Shown here piece after piece: positions 8,619-17,496 of a DNA stretch of 34,716 bases. Location: contig JANXPS010000213.1 in NCBI GenBank assembly GCA_025357175.1, forward strand, positions 1-34,716, given 5' to 3'. The notes under the pieces are model-generated. The model had not been told where the DNA came from, did not search any database, and saw only the letters and a program-made list of their open reading frames with translations. This DNA comes from Deltaproteobacteria bacterium (GTDB lineage Bacteria; Desulfobacterota; Deferrimicrobia; Deferrimicrobiales; Deferrimicrobiaceae). Position 1 is the first letter of the stretch, and every line of letters starts with the position of its first letter. Both the position numbers and the translations under genes were made by a program.

Positions 8619-10856
8619 GTGATGGCCGACTACCTTGAGATCATGAACCAGTTCGCAGGCGGAACGGACGCGAATGCCGTTCGCTACCTGCTGCCGGCGT
8701 TCTTCTGGGCTGCTCTGGCCATCGTCTCGTTCATCCACTGGCGCTCAGCCCGCGAAAAACGGGACCGGCTCATCTGGCTTGCGGCAATGGTCGGCCTGTC
8801 CAGGGAATTACTCCTGTTTGCGGTATACGGGGCGAACTTGCAAGGCCGGCCGCCGGGGCCGGAGTGGCTGCGTCTGATGCCGCCGCTGGAACACGCGATG
8901 ACCCTGGTCGCAAGCGTCATGATGTGCTACGCGTTCATGCGCTGCGTCCTTCGCTGGAACCCCCTTCCACGAAAGGTGTTGTCGCCGTTGCTCGGGGTGA
9001 TGACGCTGCTTTACCTCCTCGTCGAATTCGCCTGGCTCAATCACCTTGAATCGCATCCCGGCGCGTCCTTCGACCGGTTCCCCGGCCACGGGTTGCTTCA
9101 CGTCGCGGGCACGTTCCTGCTGGGAGGCCTGTTCGCCGCGGCACTCTCCGAACTGTTCTGGGGCAGGCGGCGCGTTCCTCTCGTGCTGCTGCCCGCCATC
9201 GCTTTCCTGACGCTGGAAGAGGCGCTGATGTCGGCAGGTCCCGTTGTCGGATATGCGGACCCCGCCGTCCTCGAGATCGTCCGGCACAACCTTCACCTGT
9301 GGTCGATTCCGCTGTTTATCGGAGTTTACTGGCGGGAGTTGCGAAACCGGATGGAAGAAACCGAGAGAACGCGCTCGGGCCTGTTCGAACTGAGTCCCGC
9401 CATGTTGTGCATGGCCGATTTCGGCGGAAACATTCGTTTTGCCAATCCCGCCTCGCTCCGGATCCTCGGGATGTCTCCGGCGTCGCTCAACGGCCGGCGG
9501 CTGGCCGAATTCTGCCGTCCGCCTGCTCCGGCGGCGTTCGACCTGGATGCGATCCGGGAATCGCGCGAGGCCGTCAATATCGAGGCCCCCCACGCATTCC
9601 CCGGGGAGGCGACGCCCCGCTGGCTCCACTGGACATTCAGGCCCGAGCCGAGAAGCCGCCGGATATTCGTGCTGGCCACCGATGCGACCGTCCAGAAGCG
9701 GGCCCACGACGCCCTGCTGCGAAGCGAGGAGATGGTCCGGCATTCCCACAAGATGGAGGCGGTCGGGCGGCTGGCCGGAGGCATCGCCCACGATTTCAAC
9801 AACCTGCTTACCGCGATCCTCGGGTACTGCGAACTGATCGGAGCGCATCCGGGAGACACCGTGCGGATACTGAAGGATGTCGGAGAGGTTCGCAAGGCCG
9901 CCGAGCGGGCGGCCGGGCTGACCCGACAGCTGCTCGCTTTCAGCCGGAGGCAGCATCTTCAGCCGCGGGTCATGGACCTGAACGAGACGCTCATGGCGAT
10001 CGAAAGCATGCTCCACAGGCTCATCGGCGAGGATATCGACCTGGTGACGCGTCCAGGGGAGAGCCTCGGCAAGATCATGGCCGACCCCGGGCAGATCGAA
10101 CAGGTCATCGTCAACCTCGTCGTCAATGCGCGCGACGCAATGCCCGGCGGGGGGACGATCCTGCTCGCCACGAGCAACCTCGTCGATGAGGGACTCGTCG
10201 CCCTCGAGGTTCGCGACGGCGGGTGCGGGATGGACGAGGCGACGCAGGCGCGGGTTTTCGAGCCGTTTTTCACGACGAAGGAGACGGGAAAGGGGACCGG
10301 GCTCGGACTGTCGACCGTTTACGGGATCATCCAGCAAAGCGGGGGCAGTGTCCGGGTATCGAGCAAGCCGGGCGTCGGCACGGCTTTCATCGTGACCTTC
10401 CCGATGGCGGACGGGCGGGAACCGCATGATTCGCGCGACGCTCCCGAGGCCGTATCGCCGCTTCCCGGCTCCGAGCGGATCCTGCTGGTCGAGGACGAGG
10501 ATTCGGTCCGCGAGATGGTCCGGGAGAGTCTCCAGCGCCACGGCTACGCGGTCCGCGAGGCGTGCGACGGCCGCGAGGCGCTATCGATCTATGGGGCGAA
10601 CCCGGGCGCCTTCGACATGGTCCTGACCGACGTGGTCATGCCGGGCATGAGCGGCGGACAGCTGGCGTCGGAACTCCGCACGCTCGACCCTTCGGTGAAG
10701 GTCCTTTTCATGTCGGGCTATTCGGACGACGAACTGGTCAGCCGGGGCGTTTCGAGGCACGGGATGTCGTTCATCGAGAAACCGTTCACGCAGGAGGCGC
10801 TTTCGCGAAAGGTTCGGGGGGTGCTCGAGTCGGACCTCGCGGGGAATCCCGGTTAG
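8619..10856 (+). CDS. hybrid sensor histidine kinase/response regulator (multi-TM N-domain, PAS, HisKA, HATPase_c, REC)
   Basis: About 240 aa hydrophobic N-terminus and a PAS-like segment. H-box [11 protein letters not shown]-box [12 protein letters not shown]-boxes DGGCGMD and [10 protein letters not shown]-terminal receiver (LLVEDEDSV...[12 protein letters not shown]...EKPF). The start could be GTG 8619 or ATG 8622. Confidence 0.88.
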   Translation: MMADYLEIMNQFAGGTDANAVRYLLPAFFWAALAIVSFIHWRSAREKRDRLIWLAAMVGLSRELLLFAVYGANLQGRPPGPEWLRLMPPLEHAMTLVASVMMCYAFMRCVLRWNPLPRKVLSPLLGVMTLLYLLVEFAWLNHLESHPGASFDRFPGHGLLHVAGTFLLGGLFAAALSELFWGRRRVPLVLLPAIAFLTLEEALMSAGPVVGYADPAVLEIVRHNLHLWSIPLFIGVYWRELRNRMEETERTRSGLFELSPAMLCMADFGGNIRFANPASLRILGMSPASLNGRRLAEFCRPPAPAAFDLDAIRESREAVNIEAPHAFPGEATPRWLHWTFRPEPRSRRIFVLATDATVQKRAHDALLRSEEMVRHSHKMEAVGRLAGGIAHDFNNLLTAILGYCELIGAHPGDTVRILKDVGEVRKAAERAAGLTRQLLAFSRRQHLQPRVMDLNETLMAIESMLHRLIGEDIDLVTRPGESLGKIMADPGQIEQVIVNLVVNARDAMPGGGTILLATSNLVDEGLVALEVRDGGCGMDEATQARVFEPFFTTKETGKGTGLGLSTVYGIIQQSGGSVRVSSKPGVGTAFIVTFPMADGREPHDSRDAPEAVSPLPGSERILLVEDEDSVREMVRESLQRHGYAVREACDGREALSIYGANPGAFDMVLTDVVMPGMSGGQLASELRTLDPSVKVLFMSGYSDDELVSRGVSRHGMSFIEKPFTQEALSRKVRGVLESDLAGNPG

Positions 10857-12061
10857 CCGACGCGTGCCCTCAACATCGCCAGCGTCTCGATGTGGTGCGT
10901 CTGCGGGAAGAAGTCGAGCATGGTCACGGACTCGACCGAATAGCGGTCGGAAAGGGAGGACAAGTCGCGCGCGAGCGTCGCGGGGTCGCACGAGACGAAG
11001 GCGATGCGGGGCGCCCCGATTTTCAGCACCAGCGCCCTTGCGGCCGGCGACAGCCCGGTGCGGGGGGGATCGAGCAGGACGACATCGAATATGCCGTTGC
11101 TCCGAAAGCGCTCGACCGGGCTTTTGACCGCCCGGCACCGGTCCGACAGCCCGTTGCCGGCGATGTTTCGCTGAAGGTCCCGAAAAGAGTCGTCGTGCCC
11201 CTCGACCGCGACGACGTCACAGCCGCGGGCCGCGATCGGCAGCGCAAAATTGCCGGCGCCGGCGTAAAGGTCGAGGACACGGCGCTTCTCCCCGTCCCCG
11301 CAGCACAATTCCGCCAGGCGGTCGATCAGCGACAGGTTCACGCGCCAGTTGGCCTGGAGGAAGCTCCCCGGTCCGACCGTGTAGGCCAGTTTTCCGATCG
11401 GGAACGACAGCGTCTGCTTTCCCCAGCCCCGGTCGGCGAAGGCGGCGCCGGCGACGCCCGACGCTTCGAGGTGAGCCGCCAGATCCGCGTCGAAGCGGCG
11501 GTCGCGGAATCGGAGGATCGTGTCGTCGCCAAGACTCAGGACCCGCAGTTCGTCGACCCCGCCGGAGCCGGGCAGGCCGGACAGCCTCGGGAGCAGCCGG
11601 TTGATCCCATCCGTCATCAGCAGGCACCGATCGATGTGCACCCGTTCGTGGCTTGCCTCGCGCAGGAGCGACGGCCCCCTCGAGTCGAGCCGGAACGTGC
11701 CGCGCGCCCGATATCCGAACGGCTCGGACGGGATGACGTCGATGTCGGCGCATTCGAGCTTCCCGATGCGGCGAAGGACGTCCCGCAGCACCTCGGCTTT
11801 CATCTCAAGTTGATAAGGGTAGGCCGCGTGCTGCAACTGGCACCCGCCGCAGATGCCGTAGTACGGGCAGGGTGGTGAGATGCGGTGGGGGGATGGTTCG
11901 ATGACCCCGGTTGCCCGCGCGAACCGGTGGCTCTTCTTCGATCCGGTGATTTCCGCCTCGACCGTTTCACCCGGAAGCGCCCCGTGCACGAAATGGACGA
12001 TCCCGCCGTCCATCGCCACGGACGTTCCGCCCATGGCGGGCCGAAGCGCGGTGAGGATCAC
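10853..12061 (-). CDS. rlmD: 23S rRNA (uracil-5-)-methyltransferase, RumA/RlmD (TrmA) family
   Basis: TRAM-like N-terminus (GGTSVAMDGGIVHFVHGALPGETVEAEI). Fe-S cysteine motif CPYYGICGGCQLQH. SAM fold (VLDLYAGAGNFALP, DPPRTG). Start set at GTG 12061, 2 nt after the PilZ stop (ATG 12034 is an alternative). The longer 653-aa track ORF overlaps the PilZ gene and is rejected. Confidence 0.82.
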   Translation of the reverse strand: MILTALRPAMGGTSVAMDGGIVHFVHGALPGETVEAEITGSKKSHRFARATGVIEPSPHRISPPCPYYGICGGCQLQHAAYPYQLEMKAEVLRDVLRRIGKLECADIDVIPSEPFGYRARGTFRLDSRGPSLLREASHERVHIDRCLLMTDGINRLLPRLSGLPGSGGVDELRVLSLGDDTILRFRDRRFDADLAAHLEASGVAGAAFADRGWGKQTLSFPIGKLAYTVGPGSFLQANWRVNLSLIDRLAELCCGDGEKRRVLDLYAGAGNFALPIAARGCDVVAVEGHDDSFRDLQRNIAGNGLSDRCRAVKSPVERFRSNGIFDVVLLDPPRTGLSPAARALVLKIGAPRIAFVSCDPATLARDLSSLSDRYSVESVTMLDFFPQTHHIETLAMLRARVG

Positions 12062-12063
12062 GA

Positions 12064-12825
12064 CTACCCGTCTCCCTTGGACGCGCGGCTGCCTTCGATC
12101 GCTTCCTGCGCCCAGAACGCCTCCCGGATTTCGTTGACGATCTCGGTCTGCCGGTGGCCGATGAATCGCGCGATGCGGGCCTCGAAGGCGACGTCGCCCT
12201 GCAGGTCGAATACGCAGCGGGTCAGGTTCCGGCCCGCGGTGGATTTCGAGACCTTGGCCAGCACTTCGAACGAGAGGTCGGGGTTGCCGGCTCCCATTGG
12301 AAGTGTTATGTGCAGCCGGGAGATCGTGCCGGGGCGAACGATGAATCCCGCGGGCAGGTCGACCGCCGCGCTTTTCAGGCAGACATCCACCAGGTTTCCC
12401 TGGATCTGCTGGTGGGCGTAGTCGATCTCGGTCGCCCGGGCCTGCTGCAGCGCGACTCGGACATAGTTGCGGTTTTCGGCGAGGACCTGCGTGTAGAGGA
12501 AATTCTTGAGAGACACTTCGCGCGACGGCACCTTGACGTAGAAAACCTCCGCGAGGATCTCTTTCGGAAAGTGGCCGCTCTTGATGAAGGTGCTCTTGTC
12601 CTGGCGGATCGCGATGGTCTGGTAGGCGTGCGTCCGGAATTCGACGAACTCGTTGTCGATTCCCAGGATTTCCGCCGGGTAGTTGATCGGGATGCCCTTG
12701 TAATAGTTCAGCATCGAAATGTCGTTGTCGATCTCGCCGGACATGATCCGGCGGAAAACGTCCAGGATTTCCCGGATGCTCCCGCCGTAATCCGCCTTGT
12801 CGACCGGATTGCAATACTCGTTCAT
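12064..12825 (-). CDS. PilZ domain-containing protein (N-terminal PilZN-like domain plus C-terminal PilZ)
   Basis: RxxxR motif (RNYVR) followed by a degenerate D/NxSxxG position (DVCLKSA), and a typical PilZ C-terminal helix (FIGHRQTEIVNEIRE). 253 aa. GC content looks lower than in neighbouring genes. Confidence 0.6.
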   Translation of the reverse strand: MNEYCNPVDKADYGGSIREILDVFRRIMSGEIDNDISMLNYYKGIPINYPAEILGIDNEFVEFRTHAYQTIAIRQDKSTFIKSGHFPKEILAEVFYVKVPSREVSLKNFLYTQVLAENRNYVRVALQQARATEIDYAHQQIQGNLVDVCLKSAAVDLPAGFIVRPGTISRLHITLPMGAGNPDLSFEVLAKVSKSTAGRNLTRCVFDLQGDVAFEARIARFIGHRQTEIVNEIREAFWAQEAIEGSRASKGDG

Positions 12826-12855
12826 CGTGGCATGATACCTTTTTCAGGGAGCCCT

Positions 12856-13461
12856 ATGGAGACCAAACCCGCGACAACCGTATTCGATATCAGCGTGCCG
12901 TTGGGTGCAGGCGCCCCGGACTATCCGGGGGATCCGCCATTCCGGCGGGAGGCGGTGGCCACGCTCGCAGACGGACCCTATTCGCTGTCGCGGCTGTCGA
13001 TGAGCGCCCATTCCGGGACGCACCTCGATTTTCCCGCGCACGTGATCCCGGGGGGCAGGAGCGCGGCAGATTATCCGGCCGCCGGTTTCATCCTCCCCGC
13101 CGTCGTCGTCCATCTCCTGGCGGATGCCGCGGCCGTCACCCACGAGGATGTGCTGCGGGCGCGGCTGCAACCCGGCGACGCCATCCTGTTCCGGACCGTC
13201 CTTCCGGTCGCCTTGACTCCCGAGGCCGCTCGCGCCTGCGTCGGCGCGGAGGCGCGGCTGGCGGGGATCGATACGATGAGCGTCGACCGGTACGAAGACG
13301 TCGACCTGCCCGTTCACCGGATCCTGCTCGGCAACGACATCCTGGTCCTCGAAGGGATCGACCTTTCGAGGGTCCCTCCCGGCCGCTACACGCTGTCCTG
13401 CCTGCCGCTCCTGATTCCGGGCTGCGAGGCGTCGCCCGTTCGCGCCGTCCTTTTGGGCTGA
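12856..13461 (+). CDS. cyclase family protein (kynurenine formamidase-like)
   Basis: Start at ATG 12856 with an AGGGAG RBS (ATG 12832 is an alternative). HxGTHxDxPxH metal motif (HSGTHLDFPAH) and C-terminal HRILLGNDILVLEGIDL. The upstream part of the 435-aa track ORF is antisense to the PilZ gene. Confidence 0.7.
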   Translation: METKPATTVFDISVPLGAGAPDYPGDPPFRREAVATLADGPYSLSRLSMSAHSGTHLDFPAHVIPGGRSAADYPAAGFILPAVVVHLLADAAAVTHEDVLRARLQPGDAILFRTVLPVALTPEAARACVGAEARLAGIDTMSVDRYEDVDLPVHRILLGNDILVLEGIDLSRVPPGRYTLSCLPLLIPGCEASPVRAVLLG

Positions 13462-13469
13462 ATCATCCG

Positions 13470-13910
13470 ATGCGAGCCGTGGTCCAGCGAGTGACGAGCG
13501 CTTCGGTTTCCTCCGGCGGAGAGGTGATCGGGGCGATCGGGCACGGGCTCCTCGTCCTGGTGGGGATCGGCAAGGGGGACGCCTCCGACCAGATGCGGTG
13601 GATGTGCGACAAGATCGCGAAGCTGCGCATCTTCTACGACGATTCAGGCAAGATGAACCGCTCCGTGCTCGACGTCGGAGGCGGCATTCTTCTCGTGTCG
13701 CAGTTCACGCTGTACGGCGACGCGCGCAAGGGCACCCGCCCCGGATTCGACGCTGCCGCACCGCCCTCCGTGGCCGAACCGCTTTACGACGAAATGGTTC
13801 GCCACATGCGCGCCACCCTTCCCGTTCCCGTCGAAACCGGCCGATTCGGCGCCGACATGTCGGTTGCGCTGGTGAACGACGGTCCCGTCACGCTCCTGCT
13901 CGAACGTTGA
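13470..13910 (+). CDS. dtd: D-aminoacyl-tRNA deacylase
   Basis: MRAVVQRV...SQFTLYGD...GxRPxF...DGPVT hallmarks over the full 146 aa. Confidence 0.95.
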   Translation: MRAVVQRVTSASVSSGGEVIGAIGHGLLVLVGIGKGDASDQMRWMCDKIAKLRIFYDDSGKMNRSVLDVGGGILLVSQFTLYGDARKGTRPGFDAAAPPSVAEPLYDEMVRHMRATLPVPVETGRFGADMSVALVNDGPVTLLLER

Positions 13911-13982
13911 TCCCCTTTTTTCACCGGCTATTCACCATCCTTTCCGGAAGCGAAGGAGCGGAAGCGGCATCTTAATATTCAA

Positions 13983-16049
13983 ATGGGAAATGAGTCCGAA
14001 ATGAGAGAAGGCCGTTATCCCGCCTGGGCTTGGTTTGCGCCTGCCCTGCTTTCCGGCGTCTTTCTGGTCGTTCTGGGAATCATGCTTTACGTCATGCAGA
14101 TCCGGACCGCTGACGAAAACGCCAGGTCGCTCGAGAGCGATTCGGCGGCGGCGGGCGACGCGGTCCGGGGACGTCTCGAAGCCGACCGCAACTTCATACT
14201 TTCCCTTTCCGACGATCTCGCCCGGGATGCCATCGACGAAGTGGCATTCCAGGAGCGAGTCACGCGGTATGTCATCGACCACCCGGAAGTGCTTTCCGTG
14301 CGATGGGTGAGTCCCGACCTGATCGTCCACCGGCAGGCGCCCGTTGACCCGTCGAGCAGGATCGTCGGCACGCCCGTCACGGCGGCGGTGTCCTCGCGTG
14401 CGATACGGCTGGCGATCGATGGGCGGCGGTCTCTCTGGACGCGGCCGTTCAACGACCCCTCCGGAAACCCGTCCTTCGAACTCTGGGTGCCCGTCATTCG
14501 GGAAGAGGGGCTGTACGGGCTGTTCGGTGCCCGGTTTTCATGCGAGGGCCTCATCCGCCGGTCGATGTCCCCGCCCCTGATGCTCGATTACCGGTTGACG
14601 GTCGAAGACGGTCTCGGTGGGGTCATCGTCGCGCTTCCTTCCGTCGACCGTGTCGATCCGAAATATTCGAAGGGGGTCCCGCTCGATCCACCGGGCTACG
14701 GCATATCGCTTCTGATGGAGCGTTACGGCAGCCGGTTGTGGGGGTGGGGGATGATCGCGATGGCGGTCACCTGCGTCGCGCTGGCGTCCGGGATGGGATT
14801 CGGGATGTGGATGCTCGCCCGCTCCATCGCTGTTCGAAAGCGGGCGGAAGGCGCCTTGCGTGCCAGCAACGAGGCGCTGGTATCGCTGCTGGAGCGCGAG
14901 CGGATGATGGAGGACCGTCTCCGCGAATCCGCCAAGATGGAAGCTGTGGGGCGGCTCGCCGGCGGCATCGCGCACGACTTCAACAACCTGCTCACCGCGA
15001 TTCTCGGGTACAGCGACCTGCTCATGCACCGGCTTCCCGAGGACGACATGATGCGCCGGGAGGTCGGCGAGATCCAGAAGGCCGGGGAGCGCGCAGCGGC
15101 GCTGACACGGCAGCTTCTCGCATTCGGGCGGAAGCAGATGATGCAGCCGCTGCGGATCGACCTCAAGGAAGTCGTCCGTGGAATGGAACGGATGCTCGCG
15201 CGGCTTGCCGGAGAGAACGTCGAACTGACCGTGGACGAGGGGTCCGGCCCCATGACCGTACTCGCGGACCGGGGGCAGATCGAGCAGGCGATCGTCAATC
15301 TGGTTTCGAACGCGCGCGATGCGATGCCGGAGGGCGGCAGGCTGACGATCGCGATTTCCGCGGAGGCGGGAGACATCCTGCTTTCGGTGAAGGATTCCGG
15401 TCGGGGGATCGACGAAAAGACCCGCGCTCACCTTTTCGAGCCGTTCTTCACGACCAAGGAGCGAGGAAAGGGGACGGGGATGGGCCTCCCGACCGTATAC
15501 GGGATCGTGGCCCAGAGCGGCGGCCGCATCGATGTCGAGAGTGCGCCCGGAGAGGGCACCGATATCCGGATTCGTCTTCCGAGTGTGGAACCGGAGCAGG
15601 CGGTTCAGGGGGAGAGTCCCCGTTCTGCTCCCGGCGAGCCGATTCCGATTTCCCCAGGAAAGACCATCCTCCTGGCCGAGGACGAATCGGTGATCCGGAC
15701 GCTGGTCGCATCAATCCTCGCACGCGAGGGGCTCGCGGTGCTCGAGGCCGGCGACGGGGTCGAGGCGCTGCGGATAGCCGGGGAGCAGGCCGGCCCGATC
15801 GACCTGTTGCTGACCGACGTCATGATGCCGCGCATGGGCGGCCGCGAGCTGGCCGATCGCCTGGTCCGCCTCAGGCCCGGGACCAAGGTGCTGTTCATGT
15901 CAGGCTATCCGGATGATGCCCTGGGCGTCGAGGGTGTCATGCCGGAGAAGGTGGCGTTTCTTGCCAAGCCCTTCACGCCGGATGCCGTCGCCCGCAAGGT
16001 GCGCGACCTGCTCGAAGGAAGACCGGAGACAGGAATCCGACCGGGATAA
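13983..16049 (+). CDS. hybrid sensor histidine kinase/response regulator (periplasmic sensor domain between two TMs, HisKA, HATPase_c, REC)
   Basis: TM1 (FAPALLSGVFLVVLGIMLYV), a periplasmic region of about 220 aa and TM2 (GMIAMAVTCVALASGMGFGMWML). H-box [11 protein letters not shown]-box SNARDAMPEGG, G-boxes DSGRGID and GKGTGMGLP. Receiver (LLAEDESV...LLTDVMMPRMGG...AKPF). Confidence 0.88.
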   Translation: MGNESEMREGRYPAWAWFAPALLSGVFLVVLGIMLYVMQIRTADENARSLESDSAAAGDAVRGRLEADRNFILSLSDDLARDAIDEVAFQERVTRYVIDHPEVLSVRWVSPDLIVHRQAPVDPSSRIVGTPVTAAVSSRAIRLAIDGRRSLWTRPFNDPSGNPSFELWVPVIREEGLYGLFGARFSCEGLIRRSMSPPLMLDYRLTVEDGLGGVIVALPSVDRVDPKYSKGVPLDPPGYGISLLMERYGSRLWGWGMIAMAVTCVALASGMGFGMWMLARSIAVRKRAEGALRASNEALVSLLERERMMEDRLRESAKMEAVGRLAGGIAHDFNNLLTAILGYSDLLMHRLPEDDMMRREVGEIQKAGERAAALTRQLLAFGRKQMMQPLRIDLKEVVRGMERMLARLAGENVELTVDEGSGPMTVLADRGQIEQAIVNLVSNARDAMPEGGRLTIAISAEAGDILLSVKDSGRGIDEKTRAHLFEPFFTTKERGKGTGMGLPTVYGIVAQSGGRIDVESAPGEGTDIRIRLPSVEPEQAVQGESPRSAPGEPIPISPGKTILLAEDESVIRTLVASILAREGLAVLEAGDGVEALRIAGEQAGPIDLLLTDVMMPRMGGRELADRLVRLRPGTKVLFMSGYPDDALGVEGVMPEKVAFLAKPFTPDAVARKVRDLLEGRPETGIRPG

Positions 16050-16068
16050 CCCGTTCGGGCTCCGGCTG

Positions 16069-17496
16069 TCAGTTCGATTCGAGCCAGCCGTCGATGGCGG
16101 CCGCGGAGCGGCGGCCGAAATCGATCGCGCGGACGATGAGCGACGCGCCCATCGCGGCGTCGCCTGCGGCGAACACGCCGGGAACCGAGGTCATCGTGTT
16201 CTCGTCGGTGACGATGTTGCCTCGCGCGTCGGTCTTGATCCCCAGGTCCGTGACCAGCGGGCCGTGCTCGACGTGAACGAAGCCCATCGCCAGGAGGACC
16301 AGTTCGGCTTTCATCTCCTGGACGGATCCCGCCACCTCGGTGAACGACATCGCCCCGGCGCCATCGGTCTTCCAGTCGAGATCGACCAGCTTGAGCGCGG
16401 AGACCGCCTTGCCGTCGCCGACGATTTCGCGGGTGTTGAGGGACCAGAGGCGCGTGCACCCCTCTTCGTGGGAATAGTTGGTCCGCAGCACCTGCGGCCA
16501 GGTCGGCCACGGGTTGTTGGCGGGTCGGTGATCGGACGGCTTGGGCAGCAGCTCGATCTGGGTGATCGAGCGGGCGCCTTGCCGGCGGCTCGTGCCGACG
16601 CAGTCGGCGCCGGTGTCGCCGCCGCCGATGACGACGACGTTCTTGCCGCTCGCGCTGATCGCCTCGGCCTCGGGGACGGCGACGCCCGAGTTGCGGAGAT
16701 TCTGCTGGATCAGGAAGTCCATCGCGAAATGGACGCCGTCGAGGTCGCGTCCCGGGACCTTGAGGTCGCGCGGCACGCCCGCGCCCGCGGCGATGAGCAC
16801 CGCGTCGAACGTGCGGCGCAGGTAATGGACCGACACGTCGCTGCCCGCCGTGACGCCGGTTTCGAAGCTGACGCCTTCCGCCCGCATCTGGTCGATCCGC
16901 CGGTCGAGCAGCCACTTCTCGAGCTTGAAGTCGGGGATGCCGTACCGCAGGATGCCGCCGATCCGGTCGGACTTCTCGAAGACGGTGACCTGGTGGCCGG
17001 CGCGCGCAAGCTGCTGTGCGGCTGCGAGGCCCGCAGGGCCGGAGCCGACGATCGCCACCTTGCGGCCGGTGGAATGGCCGGCGGGTTCCGGCTGGATCCA
17101 CAACTCCCGGAAACCCCGTTCGACAATCTGCAGCTCGATCTGGCGGATCGTGACGGCGGGCTGGTTGATCGAAAGCGTGCATGCCGTTTCACAGGGTGCG
17201 GGGCAGATCCGCCCGGTGATCTCGGGAAAGTTGTTGGTCGAGTGGAGCAGGTCGAGCGCACGCTTCCATTGCTGCTTGTAGACCATGTCGTTCCAGTCGG
17301 GGATGCGGTTCTTGACGGGGCAGCCGTACGCGTGGCAGAAGGGGATTCCGCAGTCGCTGCAGCGTGCGGCCTGGGTCTCAAGTTGCGCCGTCGGCAGCAG
17401 TTCTTCGAATTCGTTGTAGTCGCCGATCCGTTCCTCGACCGTGCGGTGGGGCGCATCCTCGCGCGCATATTCCATGAAGCCGGTGCTCTTACCCAC
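16069..17496 (-). CDS. gltD: glutamate synthase (NADPH) small subunit
   Basis: MGKSTGFMEY N-terminus, Fe-S cysteines, and two Rossmann motifs (VAIVGSGPAGLAAA, VVVIGGGDTGADC). GTG start with a GAGGAGG RBS, overlapping the gltB stop by 8 nt. Confidence 0.95.
   Translation of the reverse strand: MGKSTGFMEYAREDAPHRTVEERIGDYNEFEELLPTAQLETQAARCSDCGIPFCHAYGCPVKNRIPDWNDMVYKQQWKRALDLLHSTNNFPEITGRICPAPCETACTLSINQPAVTIRQIELQIVERGFRELWIQPEPAGHSTGRKVAIVGSGPAGLAAAQQLARAGHQVTVFEKSDRIGGILRYGIPDFKLEKWLLDRRIDQMRAEGVSFETGVTAGSDVSVHYLRRTFDAVLIAAGAGVPRDLKVPGRDLDGVHFAMDFLIQQNLRNSGVAVPEAEAISASGKNVVVIGGGDTGADCVGTSRRQGARSITQIELLPKPSDHRPANNPWPTWPQVLRTNYSHEEGCTRLWSLNTREIVGDGKAVSALKLVDLDWKTDGAGAMSFTEVAGSVQEMKAELVLLAMGFVHVEHGPLVTDLGIKTDARGNIVTDENTMTSVPGVFAAGDAAMGASLIVRAIDFGRRSAAAIDGWLESN

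Noticed and set aside
8599-8622. 7-codon mini-ORF (MPGMGAR) whose TGA overlaps the kinase-1 ATG.
   Set aside because: It has no SD, and its ATG lies inside the candidate -10 element, so it would not be in the transcript if that promoter is real.
13895-13925. T-run (CCCCTTTTTT) just after the dtd stop, considered as a possible intrinsic terminator.
   Set aside because: No adequate GC-rich stem-loop precedes the T-run. Only the short AACGTT palindrome is present.
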